IMG/VR virus record: IMGVR_UViG_3300045988_027176
Coordinates: 1-41,559 of that record
Direction: 5' to 3' (one strand)
DNA: 41,559 nt
Source of the DNA: a virus
Shown here: positions 5,698-15,318 of the stretch, piece by piece
Numbering within the stretch: the first letter of the stretch is position 1
Layout: each line of letters begins with the position of its first letter
The notes under the pieces: model-generated
Database searches by the model: none
What the model saw: only the letters and a program-made list of their open reading frames with translations
Told to the model about the DNA's origin: nothing
Program-made: the position numbers and the translations under genes

Positions 5698-6453
5698 CTA
5701 CTTTACTCCGAGTATCCGGTTCACTTCGCCCTGCACGAGATCGTAAAACCACGCGCCGAGCTTCTGCTTTCGCTCCTCACCGTTGCCCCACTTTCCGTCG
5801 AGCACCTCCTGCGCCATTGCCGGAATGCTCACAGTCATTCCTTCCTTTTCGTCTGGGCAGGGCTCTGCTCCGCCCGCCGCTCCATCGTCGAAATAGGACA
5901 GCGGGACATGCATGATATCAAGGTCGAGCGGCTCCCCGCGGTACTGGTGAAAGATGCATTTCCCAGTCAGATCGGGATAATGCTCCCCGTCGTTCCAGCC
6001 CCACGCCGCGATCCATTTGTCGTAGCCGGTATTCCCGATATGCTCGTCAAACCAGCTCTGCGACGCATATACGCCCGTTCTGTTCCCTGCCTCTTCCATA
6101 GCCGCGCAGAACGTTTTGCACATTGCGGTTATGGTCTCGTCCGTGGGGAAACCGTTTTTCACCTTATACCCGTCCGCGTCCTCCATATCAAACCACACGC
6201 CGAGACGGGGCTTTCGGCCATTGAGGAAGCGCAGACACCGCTCCGCCTCCAATTTAGCCGTCTGCACATTCAGCGCATAGCTGTACCAGTAGATGCCCCA
6301 CGGGATACCGAGCGCATCGCATTTGGCAATGTTGCGCTCCGCCCATTTGTCGGCATTTCGGATGCCGTAGCCGCCGCGGATGATGACAAAGCCATCTTTG
6401 TAAGGGGTGAAGTCAAAATCGCCCTGATGCTCGGAAACGTCAATACCGTTCAT
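5698..6453 (-). CDS. Endolysin: GH25 muramidase with C-terminal Cpl-7-like (CW_7) wall-binding motif
   Basis: MNGIDVSEHQG...GIPWGIYWYSY...WFDMED is the GH25 signature. The C-terminus AQEVLDGKWGNGEERKQKLG...VQGEVNRILG matches the CW_7 pattern. I take the start at 6453 (ATGA overlap with the upstream stop) rather than the track start at 6534. Confidence 0.9.
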   Translation of the reverse strand: MNGIDVSEHQGDFDFTPYKDGFVIIRGGYGIRNADKWAERNIAKCDALGIPWGIYWYSYALNVQTAKLEAERCLRFLNGRKPRLGVWFDMEDADGYKVKNGFPTDETITAMCKTFCAAMEEAGNRTGVYASQSWFDEHIGNTGYDKWIAAWGWNDGEHYPDLTGKCIFHQYRGEPLDLDIMHVPLSYFDDGAAGGAEPCPDEKEGMTVSIPAMAQEVLDGKWGNGEERKQKLGAWFYDLVQGEVNRILGVK

Positions 6454-6953
6454 TTCCATGTCCCTCCTGCTTTGAATTTTGCCAGCGCATTTTTCCATGT
6501 GCCGCCCTTGCGGTACAGCGTCGCCTGCTTCCACGTCCCGCCGACCTTGAAATAAAGCGTCGAGCCGAGCAGCGCTGGGGCGGTAAATGTCGCGGTTTGG
6601 ACGGCGACCGCGGCGTCAACACCGCCGACCTTTACGGTTATCGTTACGCCCTCTCCGGCTTCGCCGACGAAGTAGAATGTGGTCGTTCCTTTGGTTACGC
6701 CGAAGGACGTGTCCTCTGTTCCCGCAACGCCGCCGACATCGCACCGGAGCTTCCAGTTGGACGGCGGGTAATACGTCCCGTAGCTGCCGTTTGTGCTCGT
6801 AAGCTCTGCTTTAACAGCAAACTGCCTGCCATTCAGACGGGCGATGTAGAGCTTTCCGGTAAAGTTCCAGTGGTTTGACCATCCCGAAATGCTCTTTTCC
6901 TGCTCCCAAGCGCTGCCGCTGGGCAGCGTCGGAGCGGTCTTCGACCATGCCAT
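6450..6953 (-). CDS. Tail fibre-associated protein with C-terminal GGTWK repeats
   Basis: 167 aa, ending KVGGTWKQATLYRKGGTWKNALAKFKAGGTWK (three GGTWK units). Follows the tail fibre gene. Confidence 0.5.
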   Translation of the reverse strand: MAWSKTAPTLPSGSAWEQEKSISGWSNHWNFTGKLYIARLNGRQFAVKAELTSTNGSYGTYYPPSNWKLRCDVGGVAGTEDTSFGVTKGTTTFYFVGEAGEGVTITVKVGGVDAAVAVQTATFTAPALLGSTLYFKVGGTWKQATLYRKGGTWKNALAKFKAGGTWK

Positions 6954-6962
6954 ACCCGCACC

Positions 6963-8105
6963 TCACTCCGAATACATAAGATAGATATCCCCGTCCGCGC
7001 CGAGCTCGGCGCCCGGCTCCGTCGTTCCGGCGTAAACATGCCGCACCTGATCGGCGGAAAGGCCGAACTTCGTATACGGAATGTCGTTCGCGAGCTTCTC
7101 AGCAGTCACGACATTGCTTCCGAGATTCGCCGTGCCAACCGCGCCGTTGGCGTTGGACAGCGCGCCAAGATTTGCCCGCGCCGCATCCGCCGTCGTTGCG
7201 CCCGTGCCGCCGGAATCGACGGGCAGCGCCGTGGTCTTAAAGGCCGCGCGGATTTTTGACACGATGTTAGACCAAGGGGTTTTCCGGTTCAGCGATACGG
7301 AAACATCATAGAACGGGAAATAGTCCCCGTCCGCAAGCGTCGCTTCTGCGGCAAGATCTTTTGTCGCCGCCTGTTTCGCTTCAATCGCATCGGGGATCGT
7401 AGTTTCATCGTCTGCGCTAACGGGGATATCGTCGCCGGTTAACGTCACATTGCCGGAGGCGTCCGGCGATTTCATGTTCACTGTCACGACAGAGCCGGAG
7501 CCGTTCATTCCGTTGTAGACGGAGAATGTGGTAAACTCTCCATTGTCGAACGTGATCTTGTAAGTATCCGTCGTTCCGGCGGCGTGCGTTCCGCTTTGCA
7601 GCGTGATGGACGCTATACCGTTTCCGTTCTTTACGTTGAACGTGGATGTCGTTCCGTCCGTGAGCGTCACGGTGTAGGTGTCCGTCAAGCCGCTTGTTCC
7701 GGTTTTGGCGATGCTCTTGATGGATGAGCCGTTTGTCACGGTAAAGTTGGTGCTTGTGTTATCCGAGAACGAGATTTTATAAGTATCCACAAGGCCGGAC
7801 GTGCTGATTTTCGTAACGCTCGTGATTGCCCGCCCGTCCGTTCCCTTGTCGCCCTTTGCGCCGGTCGCACCGCGTACCGAAGTAGTTGTTACCTCCGTAT
7901 CGTCCGCCATCGTGAACGTAAGGGTATAATCATCGTTCAGGGTAATGCTTTTAATCCCGCCATGACCGTCAAGAGCCGTTGCAAGGTCGTTGATAAGCAC
8001 CTGTCCGGTCAGAGACTTTGCCTGTCCCGCCTGTTCCATAACAAACAGATCTGTCGTTGTTACGGTTGATGCTCTCGGAAGTTCGCCTACTGTTTTGTCA
8101 GCCAA
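6963..8105 (-). CDS. Tail fibre / receptor-binding protein with a collagen-like segment and repeated beta motifs
   Basis: 380 aa. TTG start with RBS aaaggaggg. Collagen-like GATGAKGDKGTDG. Four or five repeats of the type GL.DTYK.TF.DGT.T.F.V.NG. Confidence 0.7.
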   Translation of the reverse strand: MADKTVGELPRASTVTTTDLFVMEQAGQAKSLTGQVLINDLATALDGHGGIKSITLNDDYTLTFTMADDTEVTTTSVRGATGAKGDKGTDGRAITSVTKISTSGLVDTYKISFSDNTSTNFTVTNGSSIKSIAKTGTSGLTDTYTVTLTDGTTSTFNVKNGNGIASITLQSGTHAAGTTDTYKITFDNGEFTTFSVYNGMNGSGSVVTVNMKSPDASGNVTLTGDDIPVSADDETTIPDAIEAKQAATKDLAAEATLADGDYFPFYDVSVSLNRKTPWSNIVSKIRAAFKTTALPVDSGGTGATTADAARANLGALSNANGAVGTANLGSNVVTAEKLANDIPYTKFGLSADQVRHVYAGTTEPGAELGADGDIYLMYSE

Positions 8106-8108
8106 GGA

Positions 8109-8240
8109 TTAGCCCTCCTTTGTTTCCGCCGCCATCAATTTCTCAATAAGCAGCTTGATGTAAACGAGCTTCTCGAAATTCTCCCATCCATCGACGCGGA
8201 GAGTGCCGAGAAGCTCCTTGATTTTATTAAGCTCGTTCAT
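8109..8240 (-). CDS. Hypothetical small protein (43 aa)
   Basis: My translation: MNELNKIKELLGTLRVDGWENFEKLVYIKLLIEKLMAAETKEG. RBS ggaggaaga. ATGA overlap with the upstream gene. Confidence 0.5.
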   Translation of the reverse strand: MNELNKIKELLGTLRVDGWENFEKLVYIKLLIEKLMAAETKEG

Positions 8241-8500
8241 TCTTCCTCCCCGGCAAAAAGCCGACGAAGCGTTACTCGGATTCCGTCATTCTGTGCGGAA
8301 ATGCTTACAAGTTTTATAAAACCTGTATACTCGTAAGATTCCCCGTTGCTTTCATAACGGATTTTTTCTAAGTTCGTTTTCTTTGAAAAGAAGTCGGCAA
8401 TCTCAACGATCGTTGATCCTGTAATGACTACATGCATATTCCCAGCAGTGCTTACGCCGAAAAAAGAACAATTAAACGCTCTGTCATTTGCAAAAATCAT
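8237..8500 (-). CDS. Hypothetical protein, 87 aa (start MIFANDR)
   Basis: RBS gaggggttaaaa before the ATG at 8500. Visibly AT-richer than its surroundings. Confidence 0.5.
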   Translation of the reverse strand: MIFANDRAFNCSFFGVSTAGNMHVVITGSTIVEIADFFSKKTNLEKIRYESNGESYEYTGFIKLVSISAQNDGIRVTLRRLFAGEEE

Positions 8501-8502
8501 TT

Positions 8503-9672
8503 TTAACCCCTCGCTAATATCCATGCATATGTGCCATCTCCGAGTTTTACATATTTCCACGTAACGAAATAATCTTTGAATTTGAAGGTCAACCCAGTTT
8601 TTAGATTATTTATAGTGGCGTATGATGCTCCTAAGTTTCCCATTATAAATTCCGCAAAGTCGTATGCGTTGGCAATGCCGGTATTTATCCAGCTATTTGT
8701 GTTGGCAGAGGTTATTGTCCCGCCGCCTATCTGACCGCCGGATATGTATCCCGCATACTCCCCATTTTGCGTGCCGGTTTGAATGCGATTTGCAAACACA
8801 TTCCCGGTAAACGTTCCGTCCGTTGCATACAGTTGCCCGTAGCTGTTTACGCGGAATTTCCCGCCGCCGAGAGCGATGCCATCTGTACCGATATAAACGC
8901 CGTTCACCGTGCCATAGAGAGAGGACAGCGCGTTATAAATGGCGTTCTCCGTGATGGTGAAACCCTTGTTCTTACTTCCAATAAATCCGGACGTTGCCGT
9001 TATCTTGCCGGTGATGTCCACACCGTCTTTCGTCGCCCTGAACACTTCCTGCCCTGAGCTTTCCAGCACAAACCCGTCCGCCGTCAGAGACCAACCAAAA
9101 GAGGCGGAATTGCCGCCGGTCTGCGTCACTCTCGCGGCAATCTCCTGCGCGTGTAGTTCCAAAGCCGCCCGCATTTCCGCTTCGCTCGTTTCTCTGGCCG
9201 TGACCTCCGCCTGAATGCTCGCGGCGTTAACTCTAAGGCTTGCCCTCGTCTCGGCAAACTGCCGGGTGGTCTTCCGGTCGGTCGGGGATTTATATGGATA
9301 CTCATGGTCAACCGCGTTCTCCTGCGGTGCGGCGATACGCGCCGCCATCAGCGTTGAGAAATTCGTTTCGTTGACATATATGCCGGAAAAAACGCCGTTG
9401 ATGGTAACGCCGTCACCCAACTCTGCCGCAGGGTCGAGCTTTGCCCATTCCGTGTCATACGGACGATAGACAAACTCCCCGATGCTCTCTAAGATGTCGT
9501 TTGCCATCTGTTGAGAACCCCACGGGCAGTCAAGCTCTAAGACGTTGTCCCCGCTCCCGGCCTCATAGAAGGAATCATCGTCCACGTTGATACGGACTTT
9601 TGTATACTTCGGGAGTTCGGGCGTCGTTGTATATCCTTTTGCGCTTCTTCCGATAAAAACCGATTCAGACAA
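8503..9672 (-). CDS. Tail protein (host-specificity or tail-tip associated) with a central coiled coil
   Basis: I place the start at TTG 9672 (RBS ggaggtga plus 8 nt), which overlaps the upstream stop. Coiled-coil segment ASLRVNAASIQAEVTARETSEAEMRAALELHAQEIAARV. Gly-rich beta C-terminal region. Confidence 0.55.
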   Translation of the reverse strand: MSESVFIGRSAKGYTTTPELPKYTKVRINVDDDSFYEAGSGDNVLELDCPWGSQQMANDILESIGEFVYRPYDTEWAKLDPAAELGDGVTINGVFSGIYVNETNFSTLMAARIAAPQENAVDHEYPYKSPTDRKTTRQFAETRASLRVNAASIQAEVTARETSEAEMRAALELHAQEIAARVTQTGGNSASFGWSLTADGFVLESSGQEVFRATKDGVDITGKITATSGFIGSKNKGFTITENAIYNALSSLYGTVNGVYIGTDGIALGGGKFRVNSYGQLYATDGTFTGNVFANRIQTGTQNGEYAGYISGGQIGGGTITSANTNSWINTGIANAYDFAEFIMGNLGASYATINNLKTGLTFKFKDYFVTWKYVKLGDGTYAWILARG

Positions 9673-10435
9673 GGATCCTGTCACCTCCGAACGTGAGGAC
9701 ATACCCGGCGGTATCCACGAGATAGTGTGTCTCGATGCCGATCTCATTCAGCCGGACAAGACGGAGCTTTCCATCGTCCGACATTATAAAGTTTCCGGCG
9801 TACATTGCCGCGATGTATCCGAGGATTTCCCTCATAGCGTAGCCGCCGGGATACTGGACAAGATACCCACGCTGCATGATGTCAAACGTGCGCGTATCGA
9901 CCTCCACACCCATATGCCCAGCAATAAGGCTTACAACGTCAATGTCCGTTTTGGGCCATTCGCCGATGTTCCCATTCACGGGAAAATCGTTCTCGGCCTT
10001 TAACATAGCGTCGTATCCGTGGAATACGATCTCGTCCGTGCTCTCCCCGTCGGAGCGCGTATCGATATAAAACACGCCCTTTGGTATCCATTCGCTTTCC
10101 TTCGTGTCGTTCACGGCACGGATAAACGGCTTGATGGAGGACATTCTCTTGATCGTCGCCGTCGGCTTTACCATCGTGACATCGATTTCCGCGGCTACAC
10201 AGCACCCGACCATAGGCTTGTCGTCCGTGAAAAGGTGCTGCGTGGTCTTGATCTCTTTGAGCATATTCCCGCCATAGCCGCCGGAATCGGAATCGTAGTA
10301 AATCCTCGTCCCGCCGAACGTGATATAGTCTGCGTGCTCATCGATCAAATAAAACTCGTCGCCGATGACGAGCTTGGTCTCGAACCAATGCGTACCGGCG
10401 ACGATTTCCTTGTAGGTTGCGCTTGTGTTCTGCAT
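9665..10435 (-). CDS. Tail component (baseplate or Tal-like), 256 aa
   Basis: Position downstream of the tape measure and Dit-like gene. No motif recognised. Confidence 0.4.
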   Translation of the reverse strand: MQNTSATYKEIVAGTHWFETKLVIGDEFYLIDEHADYITFGGTRIYYDSDSGGYGGNMLKEIKTTQHLFTDDKPMVGCCVAAEIDVTMVKPTATIKRMSSIKPFIRAVNDTKESEWIPKGVFYIDTRSDGESTDEIVFHGYDAMLKAENDFPVNGNIGEWPKTDIDVVSLIAGHMGVEVDTRTFDIMQRGYLVQYPGGYAMREILGYIAAMYAGNFIMSDDGKLRLVRLNEIGIETHYLVDTAGYVLTFGGDRILV

Positions 10436-10437
10436 GG

Positions 10438-10803
10438 CTATCTCTCCACAAGGGAGAGCGCATCAATGTTCCAGCGTTCTTTCCCATCACCGAAAGATGT
10501 ATCGACCGTAGCCTTGCCTGTGCTGTTGTACATCGTCGTGACTTGCGTGCCCTTTAACCACGGGTTTGTGTATGTTACTTCTACATACTCCGGCATAAGC
10601 GCCGGTAGAACGATCTCGGCGTCTTTGGTGTACAGCGGCTTAAAAGTTGCATCAATGCGGAATTTCGTTGAGATCCTCGCCCGGTACATGGTGTAATCCA
10701 TCGTGCGCCCCGCGTCCGAGCTGTCTCCGTCCTCGCGTGTCACGGTGTACCCGCCGCCGTCAAGATACGGAAGCATATCAACGCCGTTGACGATCAGTTT
10801 CAT
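10438..10803 (-). CDS. Distal tail (Dit-like) small tail component, 121 aa
   Basis: ATGA overlap with the tape measure stop. The call is positional. Confidence 0.4.
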   Translation of the reverse strand: MKLIVNGVDMLPYLDGGGYTVTREDGDSSDAGRTMDYTMYRARISTKFRIDATFKPLYTKDAEIVLPALMPEYVEVTYTNPWLKGTQVTTMYNSTGKATVDTSFGDGKERWNIDALSLVER

Positions 10804-12953
10804 TTGCCGCGCCCCCTGTTCCGTTCCTCGGTGTAGGTGTACATGATCTCGCCGACCTTGCGCTTATCAAGGTAAACGTCGCTCGGTTTGATTTGTTCGT
10901 TGCCACGCGCCGTTAAACGGTCGAGAAGCGCGTCTAGCTTACTTTCCAACTCTGGGGATATACCATACCCATACCCGGAGGAAAACGCATTAGGCGGCAC
11001 TACACCGCCCATAGCAACGGCGGGCATTTTCATGCTCAAACCGGCGAACTTATCCGTCATACGGTCAATGATGCCGTCCGCGACCATCGACACCCACCGT
11101 GTGTTTCTCTCAAGCGGAATGACGGCCTCCGAGCCATTTTCACCGGCAATAAACGGAGTGCCCTTTTTGACGATACCGCCCTTGGCGAGACGCGGAATAG
11201 ATACAGAGCTTGCACGCCAGTTTATACCGCCGCCGCCGAAGAATTGCAAAACGCTGCTGAACGCCCCGACGAGGTTATTGAACATCGTAATAACGCTGTT
11301 TACAAATGCTTCCACAGTGCCAAGGATACTGTTGATAAGGGACGCGCCCCAGCGTTTGATTTCGACCCATACGTCGATCCACGCGCTCTTGATCTTTTCA
11401 AGCGCCGCCGACCAATCGCCGGTGGCGAAACCGTATACAACAGCGGCCAGCGTTTCAAAGATCGCTTTTATAAGTGACAATGCCGTGCGAATAGCGCCGA
11501 CGATATTGTTAAAAGAATACTGAACGACGCCGTAAAGCAGAATGAATACTTGCGAAAGGACGTTGCCCTTTTCGGAAAGCGTTTTCAGCGCATTGTCGAA
11601 CCACCCATTGACTATGCCGCTGATCTTGTCGAAAAACGCTGTGATGTCATCCCACCACCCGGACAGGAATGAACCGAGAGCAAGGAACGCTCCGATTGCA
11701 AGCGGTATCCATGATCCGGTGAGAAGGGCAAGACCGATACCGATTTTAAGAAACCCGGTTGACATCTCCGCGCACATGTCTTTCGTAAGGCTTCCGGTGT
11801 TGATGAAATTTTTAAAAGCATCAATCAAATCCAGAGTGCCGAAAAGAACCAGCGCAATACTCGCGGCAGTTTTCCCGAACGCAAGCCCGATAGCAAGTGC
11901 TGCTATCCCCTCCAACAGGTTTTTGATAAGCCCGAGGTTGTTCTTGATCTTGTCGCTGATGGCTACATCTTCGTACTTGATCCCGCTGCCGGAACCGCCC
12001 CCGCCGCCACCGGAGGACGAATCCTGCGCAATGGTCAGCGTATCAATGCCCATGAGCTGCTTTTTCATTTCCTTTGCAGCGCCAGCGCCGGAGGATAGAT
12101 TGTCGCTCAACTTTCCCGTGTTGGTTATGGCCCGCTTGAATGTGCTTTTCCCACTAAGAGCCGCAAAGAACGCCGCGATAGCGTCCACAGCCTTTGTGAT
12201 CCAGCCAATGAGCGTCTGCAATACCGGGATAACCGCAGTAAGAATTGGAGCAAACGCAGCGCCCCATGACGCCTTTAGCCCCTGCAAAGACGCTTTCAGT
12301 TCGTTAATGCTTTTCTTCGTCTCCGGGTCGTTCTCGGCATAAGCCCTAACCGCTTCAATGGTGTATTGCTTTAGCTTTCGGAAAAGAACAAACAGCGAGC
12401 GGATACCGATGCCGTATTTGAGCAGATTTTTTATGCCGCTTTTGATGGACTGCTGCGCCCCCTCCATCGCGGCCTTGATGTCAGCGCCTTTGGACGCATC
12501 GGTGATTGTCTGCGTCAGCTCCCCAGCTCTTTTTTTCTGTTCTTCCAGCTCCGCTGTCTGCTGTTTCAGTTTGTCAACGATTTTCGCGTCCTGCGCTTCA
12601 AGCCGCTGTGCGGCTTTCTCTTTCGCCGCGAGAATCTTTTCCTGCTCGGAAAGCTGCGCTTTGATTTCCGCCTGCCGCTGGGTCTCTTCGATCCATGTCT
12701 GCGGATCAGCATTGGCGTTAATTGCGTTTTTTGCCTCGCTCTCGGCCAATGAGGATTTCAGCTTTTCGACCTTATCATAAGCCTGCGCCGCCTCATCCTG
12801 CGCCTGTTTGAGCTGTTCAACGATGGGTGCGCGTTTCGCCTCGCCGCTCTCCATGTTCTTTTTGAGCCTGTCCATGTCGCGTTGGAGTTTGTCCAATTCT
12901 TTGGCGGCTTGCCCGGCGTCGATTTCTACCGGGAATCTAATTTCTGTCGCCAT
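10800..12953 (-). CDS. Tape measure protein
   Basis: 717 aa. Coiled-coil N-terminal third (A/E/K/Q-rich), hydrophobic Gly/Ala-rich central region with GGGGGSGSG, canonical position after the chaperone genes. Confidence 0.9.
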   Translation of the reverse strand: MATEIRFPVEIDAGQAAKELDKLQRDMDRLKKNMESGEAKRAPIVEQLKQAQDEAAQAYDKVEKLKSSLAESEAKNAINANADPQTWIEETQRQAEIKAQLSEQEKILAAKEKAAQRLEAQDAKIVDKLKQQTAELEEQKKRAGELTQTITDASKGADIKAAMEGAQQSIKSGIKNLLKYGIGIRSLFVLFRKLKQYTIEAVRAYAENDPETKKSINELKASLQGLKASWGAAFAPILTAVIPVLQTLIGWITKAVDAIAAFFAALSGKSTFKRAITNTGKLSDNLSSGAGAAKEMKKQLMGIDTLTIAQDSSSGGGGGGSGSGIKYEDVAISDKIKNNLGLIKNLLEGIAALAIGLAFGKTAASIALVLFGTLDLIDAFKNFINTGSLTKDMCAEMSTGFLKIGIGLALLTGSWIPLAIGAFLALGSFLSGWWDDITAFFDKISGIVNGWFDNALKTLSEKGNVLSQVFILLYGVVQYSFNNIVGAIRTALSLIKAIFETLAAVVYGFATGDWSAALEKIKSAWIDVWVEIKRWGASLINSILGTVEAFVNSVITMFNNLVGAFSSVLQFFGGGGINWRASSVSIPRLAKGGIVKKGTPFIAGENGSEAVIPLERNTRWVSMVADGIIDRMTDKFAGLSMKMPAVAMGGVVPPNAFSSGYGYGISPELESKLDALLDRLTARGNEQIKPSDVYLDKRKVGEIMYTYTEERNRGRGK

Positions 12954-12957
12954 CGCA

Positions 12958-13497
12958 TCACATCCATTTCTTCAACATTTCTTCGTCCTCTGCCGTGTAC
13001 TTCGTCGGGAGCGTTACCAAATCCCGATTCTGCCGCAGCCATTCCCGCTCGTATTTTTCGAGCTTTTTACCTTTGGCAAGTTTCGAGCGCAGCGACACGA
13101 TCTGCGAGAACGCACAGTCTCCGCCGATCTCCATGTACGCGCCCATGAATGTCCACCAGTGGAGATATTCGACAGAGCGGCATTCGTAGCCGAGCACACG
13201 GTTGACCGGCGCGACGATATACGGGAAGTCCTTTTCCCAATCCACAAGGCGGGCGGATTTCTTCCCGTGCGGCTGTCCGAGGTCGATGAACCAGAAGCTC
13301 TTCTCCAATGCTTCCGAATAGTCCGTCAGTGTTTCCCAATCGGGAAAAATCGTCTGTATTGTCGCCTCCGCCTTGTCTGTATCGGAAAAATCAGGGTCAT
13401 TCAAGACCTCTATGAGATCGAGAATAACCCTGTAGTCCGAGCGTATCGCATGGTCTGCACCGCCGACGGAAAGCGACACCGGCAGGGAGTAGATCAT
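12958..13497 (-). CDS. Gp15-family tail protein (T-like partner of the tail assembly chaperone)
   Basis: Start MIYSLPVSL at 13497 (ATGA overlap with the chaperone stop). The reading frame stays open for 165 nt upstream of that ATG, in the -1 frame of the chaperone gene. Confidence 0.6.
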   Translation of the reverse strand: MIYSLPVSLSVGGADHAIRSDYRVILDLIEVLNDPDFSDTDKAEATIQTIFPDWETLTDYSEALEKSFWFIDLGQPHGKKSARLVDWEKDFPYIVAPVNRVLGYECRSVEYLHWWTFMGAYMEIGGDCAFSQIVSLRSKLAKGKKLEKYEREWLRQNRDLVTLPTKYTAEDEEMLKKWM

Positions 13498-13913
13498 TTC
13501 TTGAATTTTGCGAGATACTTTTGCAGCTTCGGATTCGTCTTTTTCTTTTCCGCCGTAAAGGTATCGTTCATGTTGTCGATGAGGCAGAGCATCAGGTTGC
13601 ACCACACGGGCAGACCGTCCGCCATCGCGTAGGTGTTCATCGTGCCATACAGGGGAGTGCAAACGTCAAAGCCGAAAAGACCGTTGATAAGCTCTCGCAT
13701 CTCCCCGTCCATCGCACGGGCGGCAGCAAAGATTTTCTTCGCGTCGTTCTCCCCGGCGAGCATCGCCTGGTATTTGTCCTGCTGCTTGTCCATCGCGTCA
13801 AACGCATTAAAAACGCGCTCGATAAAGTCAATGTCGGTGAGGTTGAGCAACACCGTCACCTTTCCGTTGATGGAGATTTCCTGCACTCCGGTATCATGTC
13901 TAAGTTCAAGCAT
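13494..13913 (-). CDS. Tail assembly chaperone (gpG-like)
   Basis: 139 aa, located between the major tail protein and the tape measure. Confidence 0.6.
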   Translation of the reverse strand: MLELRHDTGVQEISINGKVTVLLNLTDIDFIERVFNAFDAMDKQQDKYQAMLAGENDAKKIFAAARAMDGEMRELINGLFGFDVCTPLYGTMNTYAMADGLPVWCNLMLCLIDNMNDTFTAEKKKTNPKLQKYLAKFKK

Positions 13914-13931
13914 TGCTTAACCTCCAAAAAT

Positions 13932-14441
13932 TCAGGTCTCCGGCGTAAACTCGATAGCGCCGCTAGTGCCCTTCGTGGCAGTGCCCTTCGTGCGCGTGCC
14001 GCCGTAGGTTACGTTGATGGGCATACCGACGCTGCCGCCGCCCTCGCCACCGAGACCAGTGACCTCGACCATGCACGCCTCGTAGCGCTCGGCAAATCCA
14101 GCGTAAGTGTGGACGATGAGCATGTCCATAGCCGCAAGCGCCATCGCGTCCTGATCGACAACGGCGAGCTTCCAGATCTTCTGCTGCGCCGCGTCGCCGC
14201 TGTCAAGCTCGCACGGCTCGAAAGACTGCGTAATGACAGGCTTCTTCATCGTGCCGTAGGTGTCGCCGAGAATGTCTTTCTTGCTCTCGGTAGACCAGTC
14301 GTATTCCTCGGAGCTGTCCTCCACGCGCTTGCCGATCACCGACCAAACAGGAGCGGAACTCGTGCCGGTGTTCAGATAAGCGAGAAGCAGCTCACGCGCC
14401 ACAGTCTGACCAGCAGTAGTGGTAAACGTGTATTCAGCCAT
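13932..14441 (-). CDS. Major tail (tube) protein
   Basis: 169 aa. RBS gaggtgatataacga. Position and size are typical of a siphovirus tube protein. Confidence 0.7.
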   Translation of the reverse strand: MAEYTFTTTAGQTVARELLLAYLNTGTSSAPVWSVIGKRVEDSSEEYDWSTESKKDILGDTYGTMKKPVITQSFEPCELDSGDAAQQKIWKLAVVDQDAMALAAMDMLIVHTYAGFAERYEACMVEVTGLGGEGGGSVGMPINVTYGGTRTKGTATKGTSGAIEFTPET

Positions 14442-14444
14442 TCG

Positions 14445-14894
14445 TTATATCACCTCGTAAATTAAAGTTAAAAGGATCTGGTGATCCTCTACATCGCCCT
14501 CATATCGGGCAAAAAGAGCCGCCGCCGTGTCGCGTTTGACTTTGCGCACGCGGATACCGTCCGCAATCGTCAGGCTATCCGCATTCGCCTCCGCCCACGC
14601 GCCGTATGTATCCAGTACCTCGTCCGCGCTCATTCTCTCGTCGGCATTCTTCGCCGGGACGCGATAAATAAGTTTAAATTGGTACTGCGCCTGATACGAG
14701 CCGTCGATAAACTGCTTGGTTTTGTACGCCGCCTGAATGGTGGAAATGCATAAACCGCTTTTCTCACCCAACCATTCAAAATCGAGCTTGGAAAGCGGTT
14801 TATCCGGGTACGTATTCAGCCATTGCCGCACGGCGCGGCTCACGTCTGCGTTTTCCTCCGCAGACACTAAGGTTTTAGGTTTCTGTTCATCCAA
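14445..14894 (-). CDS. Head-tail joining / tail terminator-like protein
   Basis: 149 aa, TTG start. The call is positional. Confidence 0.4.
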   Translation of the reverse strand: MDEQKPKTLVSAEENADVSRAVRQWLNTYPDKPLSKLDFEWLGEKSGLCISTIQAAYKTKQFIDGSYQAQYQFKLIYRVPAKNADERMSADEVLDTYGAWAEANADSLTIADGIRVRKVKRDTAAALFARYEGDVEDHQILLTLIYEVI

Positions 14895-15318
14895 GGGACG
14901 AAATCACCGCCTTTTCTGCGACACGCGCCCACTTGTCGCCGTTTTTCTTGTAGGATGCGTCCATCCAATGGGATTGAGCTTGCGGGTGCATGTCCGTAGT
15001 AAAAACAAGGTCTTTCGCCGTCGGAGTGAGCGTTGCGCCCTTGTGCCAGCGCAATCCTACATCCGGTATGTTCATCGGGCCTTTCCCAGTGGCGGCGTCA
15101 ACCATGACCTTGCCCTCGTACAGATATCGGGCTTGGTCGCCGGTATAGACGATCTCATTGCCATCCGTCCGCGCCATGTTGGAGAAAACGGCCGTCAGCG
15201 CAGGGACAAAGGGAATCGTGTCTTTCAGCGCTTGCGTTGCAACAACGATCTCCGCCGCTTTACAGGCGGATTTGAAGTCTTCCCAGCTCACGGTCTTGAT
15301 CTTTAGCGTGATCCTCAT
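14887..15318 (-). CDS. Head-tail joining protein (minor capsid protein-like)
   Basis: I take the start MRITLKIK at 15318 (ATGA overlap with the upstream stop). Confidence 0.45.
   Translation of the reverse strand: MRITLKIKTVSWEDFKSACKAAEIVVATQALKDTIPFVPALTAVFSNMARTDGNEIVYTGDQARYLYEGKVMVDAATGKGPMNIPDVGLRWHKGATLTPTAKDLVFTTDMHPQAQSHWMDASYKKNGDKWARVAEKAVISSLG

Noticed and set aside
6963-8105. The repeated motifs in the tail fibre as a diversity-generating retroelement target.
   Set aside because: There is no reverse transcriptase gene and no template/variable repeat pair at the DNA level. The repeats are diverged protein-level beta motifs.
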